The translations under genes were made by a program, and so were the position numbers. A stretch of 24,004 nt of DNA from Bdellovibrionia bacterium (GTDB lineage Bacteria > Bdellovibrionota > UBA1018): contig JBMSSC010000032.1 of assembly GCA_049424145.1 (NCBI GenBank), forward strand, positions 1-24,004. The letters are read 5' to 3'. The notes below the pieces were generated by a model. That model was not told where the DNA came from and ran no database searches. It saw only the letters and a list, made by a program, of their open reading frames with translations. Position 1 is the stretch's first letter. Each line of letters starts with the position of its first letter. Shown here in pieces: positions 1 to 9,085 of this stretch.

Positions 1-636
1 CCCTGGCTTTTTTTGATCCCCTGCTTGGCCGCTGGGGTTCGCTCGCCTTGGGTTTTTGGGAAGCGGGAGCAGGGTTTAAAGACACCAGTTGGGGCGGCGT
101 GGGGAATTCCCAAAGCCTGCTTCTGGCTTTTGATGATTGTGCCTTCGTTCCTGAGTGCTGCGCTTTCGAGTGTTCCCTTTTTACGCAACCCCGGATTTCA
201 CTACGTGCTGGAGCTTTGGCCCGTGTTGGCATTTTTAGCGCTTTTGGGTTTTTCCGCCCAAAAATCACCTCGTTGGATTTGGACTTGGGCAGTGCTCGGG
301 CTTTTGAGTTGGGACTTTGATCCCCTGGCTCAGGCACGGACGAGGCTGAAGGTCGGGCACCCACAAGCCGCCCTTCAAAGGCTCATTGCAGATTTACCCC
401 AAGACGCCTCTCTGATGGCTGACGAGTTGGCAGGTCCAACGGTGGCCTCAAGAAAGTGGGTCACGCGATTTCCAGATGCTTGGGTGATTCCTGGGGGCTG
501 CCCTGATTTCCTTCTTCTGCAGAGGCTTGATGCCGAGAGGAAAACTCAGCTTGAGCATCTGCAGAAGAAGTGTGGGAAAACGTTTGTCCCCCGGGGTGAG
601 AGCTTAGGTGCGTGGCAGCTTTTTGCCAGTCCGTAA
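1..636 (+). CDS. Putative membrane protein, C-terminal part (5' end outside window); weak resemblance to DUF2079-type glycosyltransferase-like membrane proteins
   Basis: Frame is open from base 1 to TAA at 634-636. Several hydrophobic stretches are followed by a soluble tail (IADLPQDASLMADELAGPTVASR). The 3' end overlaps the convergent phosphatase gene by 33 nt. The family assignment is tentative. Confidence 0.55.
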   Translation, partial: PWLFLIPCLAAGVRSPWVFGKREQGLKTPVGAAWGIPKACFWLLMIVPSFLSAALSSVPFLRNPGFHYVLELWPVLAFLALLGFSAQKSPRWIWTWAVLGLLSWDFDPLAQARTRLKVGHPQAALQRLIADLPQDASLMADELAGPTVASRKWVTRFPDAWVIPGGCPDFLLLQRLDAERKTQLEHLQKKCGKTFVPRGESLGAWQLFASP

Positions 637-2397
637 GGGAGAACGACTGGACTCAGGATTCAATTCCAGGGGAACGAGCGCTTCGTTTAAAACCCGTCCT
701 TCGGAGAGGCTTGGGGCTAAAACCTGAGTGATGAAACTTAAGGTGGGGGCTAGGTCGACCACTTCTGCTCGCTGGGCATAGACTCCAGGCTTAAAGGGGT
801 GCCCCGTTAAAATCAAAGGGACAGACCGATCGTAGCTATAGCCCGTTAAGTGAGTGATGTTGGCGTCCTGGTTTGGGCCGGGCATAAAAAAGGGCTTGGG
901 AATGAAAATTAAGTCCCCGTTTCTCCCTTTGTAGTACCCATGGAGGATCTGACGTTCTAAGATTCCTGGAGGCAGTTTTCGATTGATGTAATCCGAGGTG
1001 GTCACCACAAAGGCAGCCTCAGGTTTCTTCTCTAAGAAGGCTTTTCCCTCCGTCTCCACTTCAGTGAGGTTCAGCTTTTTGCCTTGGATCCAGTTGGGAT
1101 TAAAATAGAAGTTAAAATCCTTCACAAACGCGATGGCCTTCTCGCCTTCGAGCTTGCCAAAGCGTGTTTCCAGATGTTCGGAGAGGCGGTCTCCCAACTC
1201 CTTCTCACTGAAGCGGCCGGCTGGAATTTTATGTGCTTGAGCCCACATGGGGTGAGGGGGGGCACCGTGATCCGCCGTCAGGGTGATGACCACCTCATTT
1301 AATCCGCCTGGAATCTGCGTATTCAGGAAGTTGAGTAAGCGCGACACAATTCGATCCTCCGTTACGGTGATCTCCTCCATTTGAGGCTGATTGGGCCCAA
1401 GGGCGTGTCCTAAGTAGTCGTGACTGGAGAAGCTCACGGCCAGTACGTCGGTGGTTTCGCCCTGGCCCAGACCATACGCTTGAATCGCAGCTTCGGCGGC
1501 CTGTTCGGTGGCTAAGAGTTCTTTTTTGGATTTCTCAAGTAAGGCATCTTCGGCTGAAAGGCTGGGAGACATCGATCCGCTTGCCGCTTGCTGGGAGCCT
1601 TCTTGGGGCACTAGAGTTGCAGCCGCTGGGGAAGGGGAGAGAGATGAGTCAAAGGGGTTCTGAAAGAGAGCCCCGGTTTTTTGATTCAAGGCAGTCACCC
1701 AGGCAGGCAGGGGTTTGTTCGAGAGGTAGTAGGTGCTTGAGACCCATTGCTGAGTTTTATCATTCAACCAAAGGGCTAAGTCCGCACTGTGGCCTCCCAT
1801 GAGGATTGCTGCACGATCCTTTAGGGCTAAGCTAATCACTCGGGAGGAGGTGTGAACCGATTTCAATTCGTCGCCAAAGGTGGACCCAATGAGATGGCGG
1901 GGAGACATACCGGACTGAGGTTTTTCCTCAGGCTGAGAGCTGACTAATTGGGTTTTTGAGTCCTCTACGCAGTAGATCTTCTTCTGACTTTTTGAGTCAA
2001 ACCAGTCGTTTAGGGAAATGCCAGATTGGTAGGGGTAGGAGCCCGTGAGGATGGTGGCATGCCCGGGTCCGGTCATGCACTGAAAAATATCGTATTGGGC
2101 AAACGGATAGTACGCCCCTTGGGTCATGAGGTATTGAAATCCGCCAAGCGTACCTTTGGAAGTCCCTTTGGCTTTGGCTGGGCTTTGCTCTGGTGAACTC
2201 AGTGCGGGAAGGAATCGAGACTCAAATCGAGTCAGGTAGTCGGCTCGAAATTGATCGATCACGAGAGAAACAATGAGTTTCGGTTTTTTAATTCCCGCCA
2301 TCGCGTCTTGGGGGTTGAAGGCCAGAGCGGAGAGGAGATAAAAAAAAGCCAAAGTTGACAACACTTGGGGTAACCACCGATTGAATTTTTGAGTCAT
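604..2397 (-). CDS. Alkaline phosphatase family protein, PafA-type (Thr nucleophile), exported
   Basis: 597 aa with an N-terminal signal-like segment. AP-superfamily motifs: IDQFR, TGPGHAT (Thr nucleophile), LKDRAA, SSHDYLGH, TADHG and a C-terminal H..GYSYD. Confidence 0.9.
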   Translation of the reverse strand: MTQKFNRWLPQVLSTLAFFYLLSALAFNPQDAMAGIKKPKLIVSLVIDQFRADYLTRFESRFLPALSSPEQSPAKAKGTSKGTLGGFQYLMTQGAYYPFAQYDIFQCMTGPGHATILTGSYPYQSGISLNDWFDSKSQKKIYCVEDSKTQLVSSQPEEKPQSGMSPRHLIGSTFGDELKSVHTSSRVISLALKDRAAILMGGHSADLALWLNDKTQQWVSSTYYLSNKPLPAWVTALNQKTGALFQNPFDSSLSPSPAAATLVPQEGSQQAASGSMSPSLSAEDALLEKSKKELLATEQAAEAAIQAYGLGQGETTDVLAVSFSSHDYLGHALGPNQPQMEEITVTEDRIVSRLLNFLNTQIPGGLNEVVITLTADHGAPPHPMWAQAHKIPAGRFSEKELGDRLSEHLETRFGKLEGEKAIAFVKDFNFYFNPNWIQGKKLNLTEVETEGKAFLEKKPEAAFVVTTSDYINRKLPPGILERQILHGYYKGRNGDLIFIPKPFFMPGPNQDANITHLTGYSYDRSVPLILTGHPFKPGVYAQRAEVVDLAPTLSFITQVLAPSLSEGRVLNEALVPLELNPESSRSPLRTGKKLPRT

Positions 2398-2435
2398 AAG
2401 AATTCGGTTTACGAGATAAATCAGAGCCTTGTCAA
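2398..2435 (-). promoter_or_regulatory. Putative sigma70 promoter, leaderless-type, for the phosphatase
   Basis: Minus strand reads TTGACA-N18-TAAACC-N8-ATG, with no Shine-Dalgarno before the ATG. Confidence 0.45.
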
Positions 2436-2458
2436 ATTGGATTCACTGGGCGATAAAA

Positions 2459-3229
2459 ATGCTCGTGAAACTACTCAGTTGGAATGTGAATGGAATTCGT
2501 GCTGCCCAAAAATCGGGACTCTTGTCATGGATGGAGGCTCAGGATCCAGATGTCCTTTGCATTCAGGAGGCCAAAGCCTTTCCTGAGCAGTTAGACGAAG
2601 TCCTTCTTCATCCCCCGGGCTATCACTCCTATTGGAATCCCGCTCAAAAGCCTGGGTACAGTGGTGTAGCGCTTTATTCAAAAAAAGAGCCCCTGGGCCT
2701 CACTTTAGGACTCGGACATCCTGAAATCGATGCTGAGGGAAGAGTGATGACGGCTGATTACGGAAGTTTTGTTCTGATGAATGCCTATTTTCCGAACAGT
2801 CAGCGAGATCATGCGCGATTGGGATTTAAACTCCTGTTTTGTCAGGAAATGCTCCAGGCCTGTGAGCGGCTTCGCTCTCAGGGAAAAACGGTGATCATTT
2901 GTGGTGATTTCAACATTGCACACAAAGAGATTGATCTGAAAAACCCGCGAGCCAATCAAAATCAGGCCGGGTTCCTGCCCGAAGAGCGAGCATGGATGGA
3001 TCAGTTTGTGGGCAGGGGCTATGTGGATGCGTTTCGGAAGTTTGTGAGCGCACCAGACCATTACACCTGGTGGAGTTACCGCCCGGGAGTTCGAGACAAG
3101 AACATCGGATGGCGACTGGATTATTTTTTCATCAACCCTGAATCCCAGGATCGCTTGTCTCATGCTTTTCATCAGCCCCAGGTGAGAGGCTCTGATCACT
3201 GCCCTGTGGGGTTTCAGTGGAAAGACTGA
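2459..3229 (+). CDS. xth: Exodeoxyribonuclease III / AP endonuclease
   Basis: Motifs SWNVNGIRA, CIQEAK, GYSGVA, GDFN, WWSYR, RLDY and SDH. ATG 2459 (or GTG 2465) is preferred over TTG 2429. Confidence 0.95.
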   Translation: MLVKLLSWNVNGIRAAQKSGLLSWMEAQDPDVLCIQEAKAFPEQLDEVLLHPPGYHSYWNPAQKPGYSGVALYSKKEPLGLTLGLGHPEIDAEGRVMTADYGSFVLMNAYFPNSQRDHARLGFKLLFCQEMLQACERLRSQGKTVIICGDFNIAHKEIDLKNPRANQNQAGFLPEERAWMDQFVGRGYVDAFRKFVSAPDHYTWWSYRPGVRDKNIGWRLDYFFINPESQDRLSHAFHQPQVRGSDHCPVGFQWKD

Positions 3230-3250
3230 CCGGCAGTCCTCTTCTGGGGA

Positions 3251-3745
3251 TCACGGGATTCGGTGGGCGGAAGTCGAGAAAAAAACGGACGACTCAGGCA
3301 TTTCCTCGTGAGCTGGGAGTTGAATGACCTCGATGCCCACGGACTTCAGGAGCTCAATGGAGTCTTTGAGTCGGTAGTCTTTTCCAAAGAAGACTTTTTT
3401 GACGTTCCCTAAGTTGATGAGTCGCTTGGCGCAGGGAACGCAAGGCAGATGAGTGACAAATACGAATTTTTCAATCAACCGGGGAGCATCGCAATTGATG
3501 ACTGCATTTTCCTCTGAGTGGAGGCAGCCACAGTTGCCGGGTTCATCTCGGTCGCAGCCGTTATGAAGTCCCGTTGCATTTCCGTTGTAGCCTACGGCGA
3601 GGACCTTTCGAAAGTCGGTGCTGGTGATGACCGTGCCCACTTGGAGGCGGTGGCACGTGGAGCGGCCAGCCAGCGTAAAGGCCAGTTGCAAGTAAATGGA
3701 AGGAAAACTGGGGCGATCTCGTTCCGGTCCCTGAAGTGAATTCAT
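3251..3745 (-). CDS. dCMP deaminase / ComEB-like zinc deaminase
   Basis: RSTC, GYNG, HSE (HxE) and PCVPC (PCxxC) motifs. The start overlaps the orn stop (ATGA). Confidence 0.88.
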   Translation of the reverse strand: MNSLQGPERDRPSFPSIYLQLAFTLAGRSTCHRLQVGTVITSTDFRKVLAVGYNGNATGLHNGCDRDEPGNCGCLHSEENAVINCDAPRLIEKFVFVTHLPCVPCAKRLINLGNVKKVFFGKDYRLKDSIELLKSVGIEVIQLPAHEEMPESSVFFSTSAHRIP

Positions 3746-4281
3746 GTCTGGGCCGGTTTGATTTGGGGTTGAACAAAGGAGAGGTAAAACTTGAGTTCTG
3801 AGATGGACTCCTGAATGTCGTCTAGCGCCCGATGGGTGTTTTTCTTTTGAAAGCTCAAGTTGTATTTTTCTCGGTACACTTCTTTAAACGAGCTCACGTC
3901 GATCATTCGGTAGTGAAGGTGGCGCGCAAACTGGGGAAGGCAGCGATCAATGAAGCGGCGGTCGTTCCAGATGGAATTTCCGGCTAAAACGATTCGATCT
4001 TGGGATTTAAAGTGCCTCAGAGCAAAGGCCGCAAGCTCGGTCTCCACCTGAGTCAAGGGTTTTCCCTGGCTGACGGCCTGAGTGAGTCCGCTTTCACCAT
4101 GGGTCTTTTTGCACCAGTCATTCATTTGAGAAAGTACGTCCTCGGATTGGAAGACGACTGCATGGTACTCTTCTAAAGGGCTTAAGTCCCAGTCCGTGAT
4201 TACGGCCGCGACTTCTAAGATTTGGTCTCGCAGGTCATCGAGACCGGTCATTTCCAGGTCAATCCACAACAGTTTTTTCAT
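3742..4281 (-). CDS. orn: Oligoribonuclease (DEDDh exoribonuclease)
   Basis: WIDLEMTGLD, H..SGL, AGNS...DR.F, HYRMIDVSS and HRALDDI.ES motifs. ATG 4281 matches the usual family start. Confidence 0.95.
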   Translation of the reverse strand: MKKLLWIDLEMTGLDDLRDQILEVAAVITDWDLSPLEEYHAVVFQSEDVLSQMNDWCKKTHGESGLTQAVSQGKPLTQVETELAAFALRHFKSQDRIVLAGNSIWNDRRFIDRCLPQFARHLHYRMIDVSSFKEVYREKYNLSFQKKNTHRALDDIQESISELKFYLSFVQPQIKPAQT

Positions 4282-4367
4282 AGTTTGGGGTGCACAATAC
4301 GGCAAATGAATCCGAGAATCCAGAGTCAAAGGGGAGCACGTAAAATCCGGGGTTTTTAAAAAAAAAC

Positions 4368-4420
4368 TTGATTAAATCCATCACTTTTGAGTACAGTCCT
4401 GCCACTAAGTTTCTAAGGAG
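4368..4420 (+). promoter_or_regulatory. Putative sigma70 promoter and Shine-Dalgarno of fusA
   Basis: A/T tract, then TTGATT(4368)-N18-TACAGT(4392-4397). AAGGAG at 4415-4420, 10 nt before ATG 4431. Confidence 0.5.
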
Positions 4421-4430
4421 AAGAAGTTTC

Positions 4431-6533
4431 ATGGCTCGTATTTCGATGGATAAAGTTCGTAACATTGGTATCTCTGCCCACATTGATTCGGGTAAGACGA
4501 CGCTTTCTGAGCGTATCCTTTATTACACCAACAAGATTCACAGAATTGAAGAAGTTAAAGGGAAATCAGGGGTCGGTGCGACCATGGACTTCATGGATCT
4601 GGAGCGTGAAAAAGGGATCACGATTCAGTCGGCTGCCACTTACTGTGAGTGGAAAGACTACAACATTAACTTGATTGATACTCCCGGCCACGTGGATTTT
4701 ACGATCGAAGTGGAGCGCTCGCTTCGAGTGTTAGACGGAGCTGTTTTAGTGCTCTGTTCGGTAGCAGGGGTGCAATCCCAGTCCATCACCGTGGATCGCC
4801 AGATGAAGCGGTACAAAGTTCCCAGGATCTGCTTTATTAATAAAATGGACCGCGCTGGAGCGAATCCGTTTCGTGGTGTGAAAATGCTGCGGGAAAAATT
4901 AGCGCACAACGCACACTTAATCACCTACCCCATCGGCGCTGAAGATCAGTTCAAAGGTGTGGTGGATTTAGTGACGATGAAGGCCTTTTACTTTGACGGA
5001 GACAACGGGGAGTTCATCCGTGAGGAGGCGATTCCTTCGGACATCCAAAGTGAGTGTGATCAGTATCGCGAAGATCTGATTGCGGCTGTGGGTGAGTTTG
5101 ATGAAGTGGTGGGCAATAAGTACTTAGAAGCCCAGGAAGTCACCGTGGATGAGCTTCGTACGGCCATTCGAAAAGCCACGTTGAGCTTAAACTTCACTCC
5201 TGTGATGACCGGTTCGGCTTATAAAAACAAAGGCGTTCAGCTTCTCTTGGATGCAGTGACCTACTACCTGCCTAATCCAAATGAGAAGGAAAATATTGCG
5301 CTGGACCAAAAAAACAACGAAGCAAAACTGGTGTTGAGCTCAGACCCCAAACTTCCGTTTGTGGGCCTTGCATTTAAACTCGACGAAGGCCGTTACGGGC
5401 AGTTGACCTACATGCGGATTTACCAAGGGAGTGTGAAAAAAGGGGACATCATTTTCAACTCCTCCAACGACAAGAAAGTCAAAATCCCACGTCTGGTTCA
5501 GATGCATGCTGATGAGATGAACGACGTTGAAGAAGCACAAGCAGGAGACATCGTGGCGATGTTCGGTGTGGATTGTGCCTCCGGGGACACCTTCACGGAT
5601 GGAACGATCAAGTACACCATGACTTCGATGTTCATTCCAAACGCCGTGATTTCTCTGGCCATTGCACCTAAAGACAAGGCAGGCCAAGCCAACTTCTCCA
5701 AAGCGCTCAATAAATTCACAAAAGAAGACCCCACCTTCCGCGTGCATCGGGATGAAGAATCCGGTCAGACCATCATTAGCGGGATGGGTGAGCTTCACTT
5801 GGAAATTTACTGCGAGCGAATTAAGCGAGAGTACAACTGTGAAGTGGTGGTTGGAAAGCCTCAGGTGGCATTCCGTGAAACCATTACGAAGCGTGGTGAC
5901 TTTAACTACACCCATAAAAAACAAACGGGGGGTTCGGGTCAATTCGGTAAGGTCGTGGGCTTCATTGAGCCGCTGCCTTCGGACTCGGCCACTCAGTACG
6001 AATTTGTGGACGACATCACCGGTGGTTCGATTCCAAGAGAGTTCATTCCCGCTTGTGACAAAGGATTTCAAGAAGCCATTAAAGAAGGTCGCTTAATTGG
6101 ATTCCCGATCGTCGGTGTGCGTGCGGTGATCAACGACGGAGCAAGCCATGATGTGGACTCCTCCGAGCAAGCGTTTAAGACAGCCGCTCTCATGGGTTTC
6201 CGAGAAGCTTATGAAAAAGCAGGCGCTGTGGTGCTCGAGCCGATCATGAAGCTTGAAACGCAAGCTCCTGAAGAATTCCAAGGCTCCGTCATGGGACAAA
6301 TCAATCAACGCCGCGGCGTGATCGTCAACAGCGGAACCAACGAAGGTTACGCTGTGATTGAAGCCGAAGTGCCGCTGAGTGAGATGTTCGGTTACTCAAC
6401 CGATCTTCGTTCGGCAACGCAAGGTAAGGGCGAGTTCACGATGGAGTTTTTGAAGTACTCAGCCGTTCCTCGTAACGTGCAAGAAGAAATGGTCAAAAAA
6501 CATCAAGAAAAGAAAGCCAAAGAGAATAAGTAA
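4431..6533 (+). CDS. fusA: Elongation factor G (spdEFG1/mitochondrial EFG1-like subfamily)
   Basis: G motifs [18 protein letters not shown] and NKMD, plus [18 protein letters not shown] and SATQGKG. ATG 4431 has an AAGGAG SD; 700 aa. Confidence 0.97.
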   Translation: MARISMDKVRNIGISAHIDSGKTTLSERILYYTNKIHRIEEVKGKSGVGATMDFMDLEREKGITIQSAATYCEWKDYNINLIDTPGHVDFTIEVERSLRVLDGAVLVLCSVAGVQSQSITVDRQMKRYKVPRICFINKMDRAGANPFRGVKMLREKLAHNAHLITYPIGAEDQFKGVVDLVTMKAFYFDGDNGEFIREEAIPSDIQSECDQYREDLIAAVGEFDEVVGNKYLEAQEVTVDELRTAIRKATLSLNFTPVMTGSAYKNKGVQLLLDAVTYYLPNPNEKENIALDQKNNEAKLVLSSDPKLPFVGLAFKLDEGRYGQLTYMRIYQGSVKKGDIIFNSSNDKKVKIPRLVQMHADEMNDVEEAQAGDIVAMFGVDCASGDTFTDGTIKYTMTSMFIPNAVISLAIAPKDKAGQANFSKALNKFTKEDPTFRVHRDEESGQTIISGMGELHLEIYCERIKREYNCEVVVGKPQVAFRETITKRGDFNYTHKKQTGGSGQFGKVVGFIEPLPSDSATQYEFVDDITGGSIPREFIPACDKGFQEAIKEGRLIGFPIVGVRAVINDGASHDVDSSEQAFKTAALMGFREAYEKAGAVVLEPIMKLETQAPEEFQGSVMGQINQRRGVIVNSGTNEGYAVIEAEVPLSEMFGYSTDLRSATQGKGEFTMEFLKYSAVPRNVQEEMVKKHQEKKAKENK

Positions 6534-6534
6534 T

Positions 6535-6918
6535 ATGCAGACTCTAGTAACCGTCATCCATGTAATGACTTGTATCCTGCTCGTATTGGTCGTGCTCTTG
6601 CAGTCTGGCAAGGGAGCAGAAATCAGTACATCGCTGTCGGGATCAAGCCAGACGGTTTTCGGGAGTTCGGGCGGAGCTAATTTTTTCACTCGGTTCACAT
6701 CGGGTGCCGCCGCTGTATTTATGGTGACCTCTTTGACGTTGACCCTCTTAGGGGGCCAATCCAAAAAGAGTCTCTTTGATTCCATGTCATCTCCTTCGGG
6801 AGCAGCGGGAGTTAGTTCTCCTGCTGCTCCAGGGGGAGCCTCCGAGGCAAATCCCGCTCCGGGAGCCTCGAGTCTTCCAACCGCAACTCCACCCACGAGT
6901 TCTGCGCCTCAGTCTTAA
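6535..6918 (+). CDS. secG: Preprotein translocase subunit SecG
   Basis: Two TM helices flanking VLLQSGKGAEI...GSSQTVFGSSGGANFFTRFT, with an S/P/A-rich tail. Starts 1 nt after the fusA stop. Confidence 0.92.
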   Translation: MQTLVTVIHVMTCILLVLVVLLQSGKGAEISTSLSGSSQTVFGSSGGANFFTRFTSGAAAVFMVTSLTLTLLGGQSKKSLFDSMSSPSGAAGVSSPAAPGGASEANPAPGASSLPTATPPTSSAPQS

Positions 6919-7112
6919 GCTCTGTTTCTCTTTGTTTTTGGGGTCTGGTCGCGTCTCAGTTTTGTGGGCTTCGGAGATTTGAATTGATTTGCTTTGCAAG
7001 GTTTTTTTCTCTCTGAGCAACTCGAAGGGCTTGATTGACTCGGGTCGTTGGTGTGCCCATGATGGGGTGCTCCGAGTCGTGCCAAGAGGGAGAGGAGTAA
7101 ACTTCGATCCCT

Positions 7113-7129
7113 CTGGAACAGTTCTAGCA
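7113..7129 (+). promoter_or_regulatory. Possible sigma54 (-24/-12) promoter upstream of the glycosyltransferase
   Basis: CTGGAACAGTTCTAGCA gives GG(7115-16)-N10-GC(7127-28), close to the consensus YTGGCAC-N5-TTGCW. Confidence 0.35.
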
Positions 7130-7142
7130 CTGGTCTTTGCCC

Positions 7143-8222
7143 ATGCGAGTGGCACTGCTGGCTCCCTTATTTGAGAGAGTTCCGCCTCGGTATTACGGAG
7201 GGACGGAGCGTGTGGTGTATAACCTGTGTCGAGGCTTAAGTGCAGCTCAGGTGGATTACACGCTCTATGCATCAGCGGATTCGCTTTGCCAGGGGCGCTT
7301 AGTGGCTGTGGTGGATGAGCCCTTGCGCCTCAGGTCGCTCCCCTTGGGGGATCCCATTGCCTCTCATTTTAAGATGCTTGCCCAAGTGGCACGCGAAGCA
7401 GAACAGTATGATGTGATTCATAATCATCATGATTACTGGATGCTGCCATTGACCCAGATGAGCTCCGTTCCTCTGGTGAGCACGCTTCATGGGAGGCTGG
7501 ATCTTCCCGAGATCCGCGCTGCGCTCTTGGGTTACCCCAAAGGGGTTTATATCTCCATTAGTGATGCCCAAAGGGGGCCTTTGCCTGAATTGCCATGGCT
7601 GAAGACGGTGTACCACGGGCTTGTGGCTGAGGATTTTCAGTTTTACCCTCGTCCTGGGGAGTACTTGGCGTTTTTAGGACGCATTTCCCCTGAGAAGCGT
7701 CCTGAGTGGGCCATTGAGATTGCACGGCGCTCAGGCGTGCCGCTGAAGATTGCAGCCAAGATCGAAGGAGAATGGGGGCGTTCCTATTATGACACCTGGG
7801 TGAAGCCCCATGTGGATGGTCGATTCATTGAGTATGTGGGCGAGATTTCAGAGCAGCAGAAGGCGGAGTTTTTGGGGAAGGCGCTTGCAACGGTGTTTCC
7901 GATTGATTGGCCTGAGCCATTTGGCTTGGTCATGGTGGAGTCCTTGGCGTGTGGAACCCCAGTTCTAGCTCGACCGTGTGGGTCGGTTCCTGAGATCTTA
8001 AAAGAGGGTGTTACTGGGTTTTTGGACCTCGACGTATCAAAGCTTGCCGCTCGAGTTTCAGAGGTGGGGACTTTGGATCGAGCCGCGTGCCGTCAATGGG
8101 TTGAACAGCGGTTTTCGCTGCAACGGATGACGGAGGATTACCTGCATGTCTACCGACATGTGGTGGCCCAAAAACCTCGTGGGCAGCGCCCTTTTAGGGA
8201 GGTTTGGCCGGGGTGGTCTTAG
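7143..8222 (+). CDS. Glycosyltransferase family 4 (GT-B) protein
   Basis: MRVALLAP...VPP..YGGTERVV N-terminus, FLGRISPEK, and EPFGLVMVESLACGTPV (EX7E) motif. Confidence 0.92.
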   Translation: MRVALLAPLFERVPPRYYGGTERVVYNLCRGLSAAQVDYTLYASADSLCQGRLVAVVDEPLRLRSLPLGDPIASHFKMLAQVAREAEQYDVIHNHHDYWMLPLTQMSSVPLVSTLHGRLDLPEIRAALLGYPKGVYISISDAQRGPLPELPWLKTVYHGLVAEDFQFYPRPGEYLAFLGRISPEKRPEWAIEIARRSGVPLKIAAKIEGEWGRSYYDTWVKPHVDGRFIEYVGEISEQQKAEFLGKALATVFPIDWPEPFGLVMVESLACGTPVLARPCGSVPEILKEGVTGFLDLDVSKLAARVSEVGTLDRAACRQWVEQRFSLQRMTEDYLHVYRHVVAQKPRGQRPFREVWPGWS

Positions 8223-8230
8223 CTTGAGTT

Positions 8231-9079
8231 TCAGGCTTGATGCGCTGGGGAAATTGCGGGAAGCTCAAGAGCCAAGCGCAGGAGAGAAAGAAAACTCTCC
8301 GCTTTTAAGCTGGCTCCCCCAACTAAAGCGCCATCAATGGCTTCACATCGAAGGAGAGCTTGGATGTTCTCGGGCGTGACACTTCCTCCGTAAAGCAAGG
8401 GCATGCTCTGAGCCCAAGGAGTCTTGGCTGAGCTTACGAGTTCTGCGCGAATGACTTCGTGCGCCTGCTGCGCTTGCTCGGGTGTTGCAGTGAGTCCCGT
8501 ACCAATGGCCCAAACTGGCTCATAAGCAATCACGAGCTGTGCGGGAAGCTGTGTGGGGTAGTGAAGGGCAAGTGCCTGGAGAGTGGATTGAAGTTGGCTT
8601 TTGAGGACTGCTTCGGTTCTTTCTTCCTCGCGCTCGTGCCGGGTTTCTCCGACGCAAAAAATCACATTCATGCCTTGCTCAAGCAAGCCAAGCACTCTCT
8701 TTTGAGCCGTCTCTGGAGTCTCCCCAAAGAACTGACGCCGCTCCGAATGCCCCACTAAGCTCCAGTGGATTCCTAAGTCCTTGAGCATCGGGGCTGAGAT
8801 CTCTCCAGTGAAAGCCCCTTTCTTCTCTCCATGCGTGTTCTGAGAGCCAAATTCAAGTGAGAACGGCAGGTTCTGGCTTGAGTTTTTTGCATGGATGAAG
8901 GAAATCGCAGGTGGAAAGAGCACGGCTCTTAGATTGATCTTCTCCCAGGATTCTCGCGATCGAGAGTCCAAGGTCTGGTTTGCTTTTTCGGTTAAAACCT
9001 GAAAAAACGCGTCAGTCTCCTTGGGTCCAAGGTTCATCTTCCAATTGCCTGCAATAAGAACGCCCCGTGGCTTGATCAT
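8231..9079 (-). CDS. tpiA: Triosephosphate isomerase
   Basis: AGNWKMN, GAFTGEIS, GHSERR, AYEPVWAIGTG, YGGS and VGGASL motifs. Confidence 0.97.
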   Translation of the reverse strand: MIKPRGVLIAGNWKMNLGPKETDAFFQVLTEKANQTLDSRSRESWEKINLRAVLFPPAISFIHAKNSSQNLPFSLEFGSQNTHGEKKGAFTGEISAPMLKDLGIHWSLVGHSERRQFFGETPETAQKRVLGLLEQGMNVIFCVGETRHEREEERTEAVLKSQLQSTLQALALHYPTQLPAQLVIAYEPVWAIGTGLTATPEQAQQAHEVIRAELVSSAKTPWAQSMPLLYGGSVTPENIQALLRCEAIDGALVGGASLKAESFLSLLRLALELPAISPAHQA

Positions 9080-9085
9080 GAGTGC

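Noticed and set aside
3251..3745. Anti-phage dCTP deaminase
   Set aside because: It is a single short deaminase domain with no kinase-like N-terminal domain and sits in a housekeeping context, which fits an ordinary dCMP deaminase.
5340..6071. 243-aa antisense ORF inside fusA (also antisense ORFs in xth, gap, pgk and the CoA-disulfide reductase gene)
   Set aside because: These are shadow frames of conserved genes, with no recognisable motifs.
6919..7142. tRNA, which often follows secG
   Set aside because: No cloverleaf with a properly placed T-loop and acceptor stem was seen on either strand.
6459..7272. Minus-strand ORFs of 145 and 161 aa
   Set aside because: They overlap fusA/secG and the GT4 gene in antisense and have no protein-like features.
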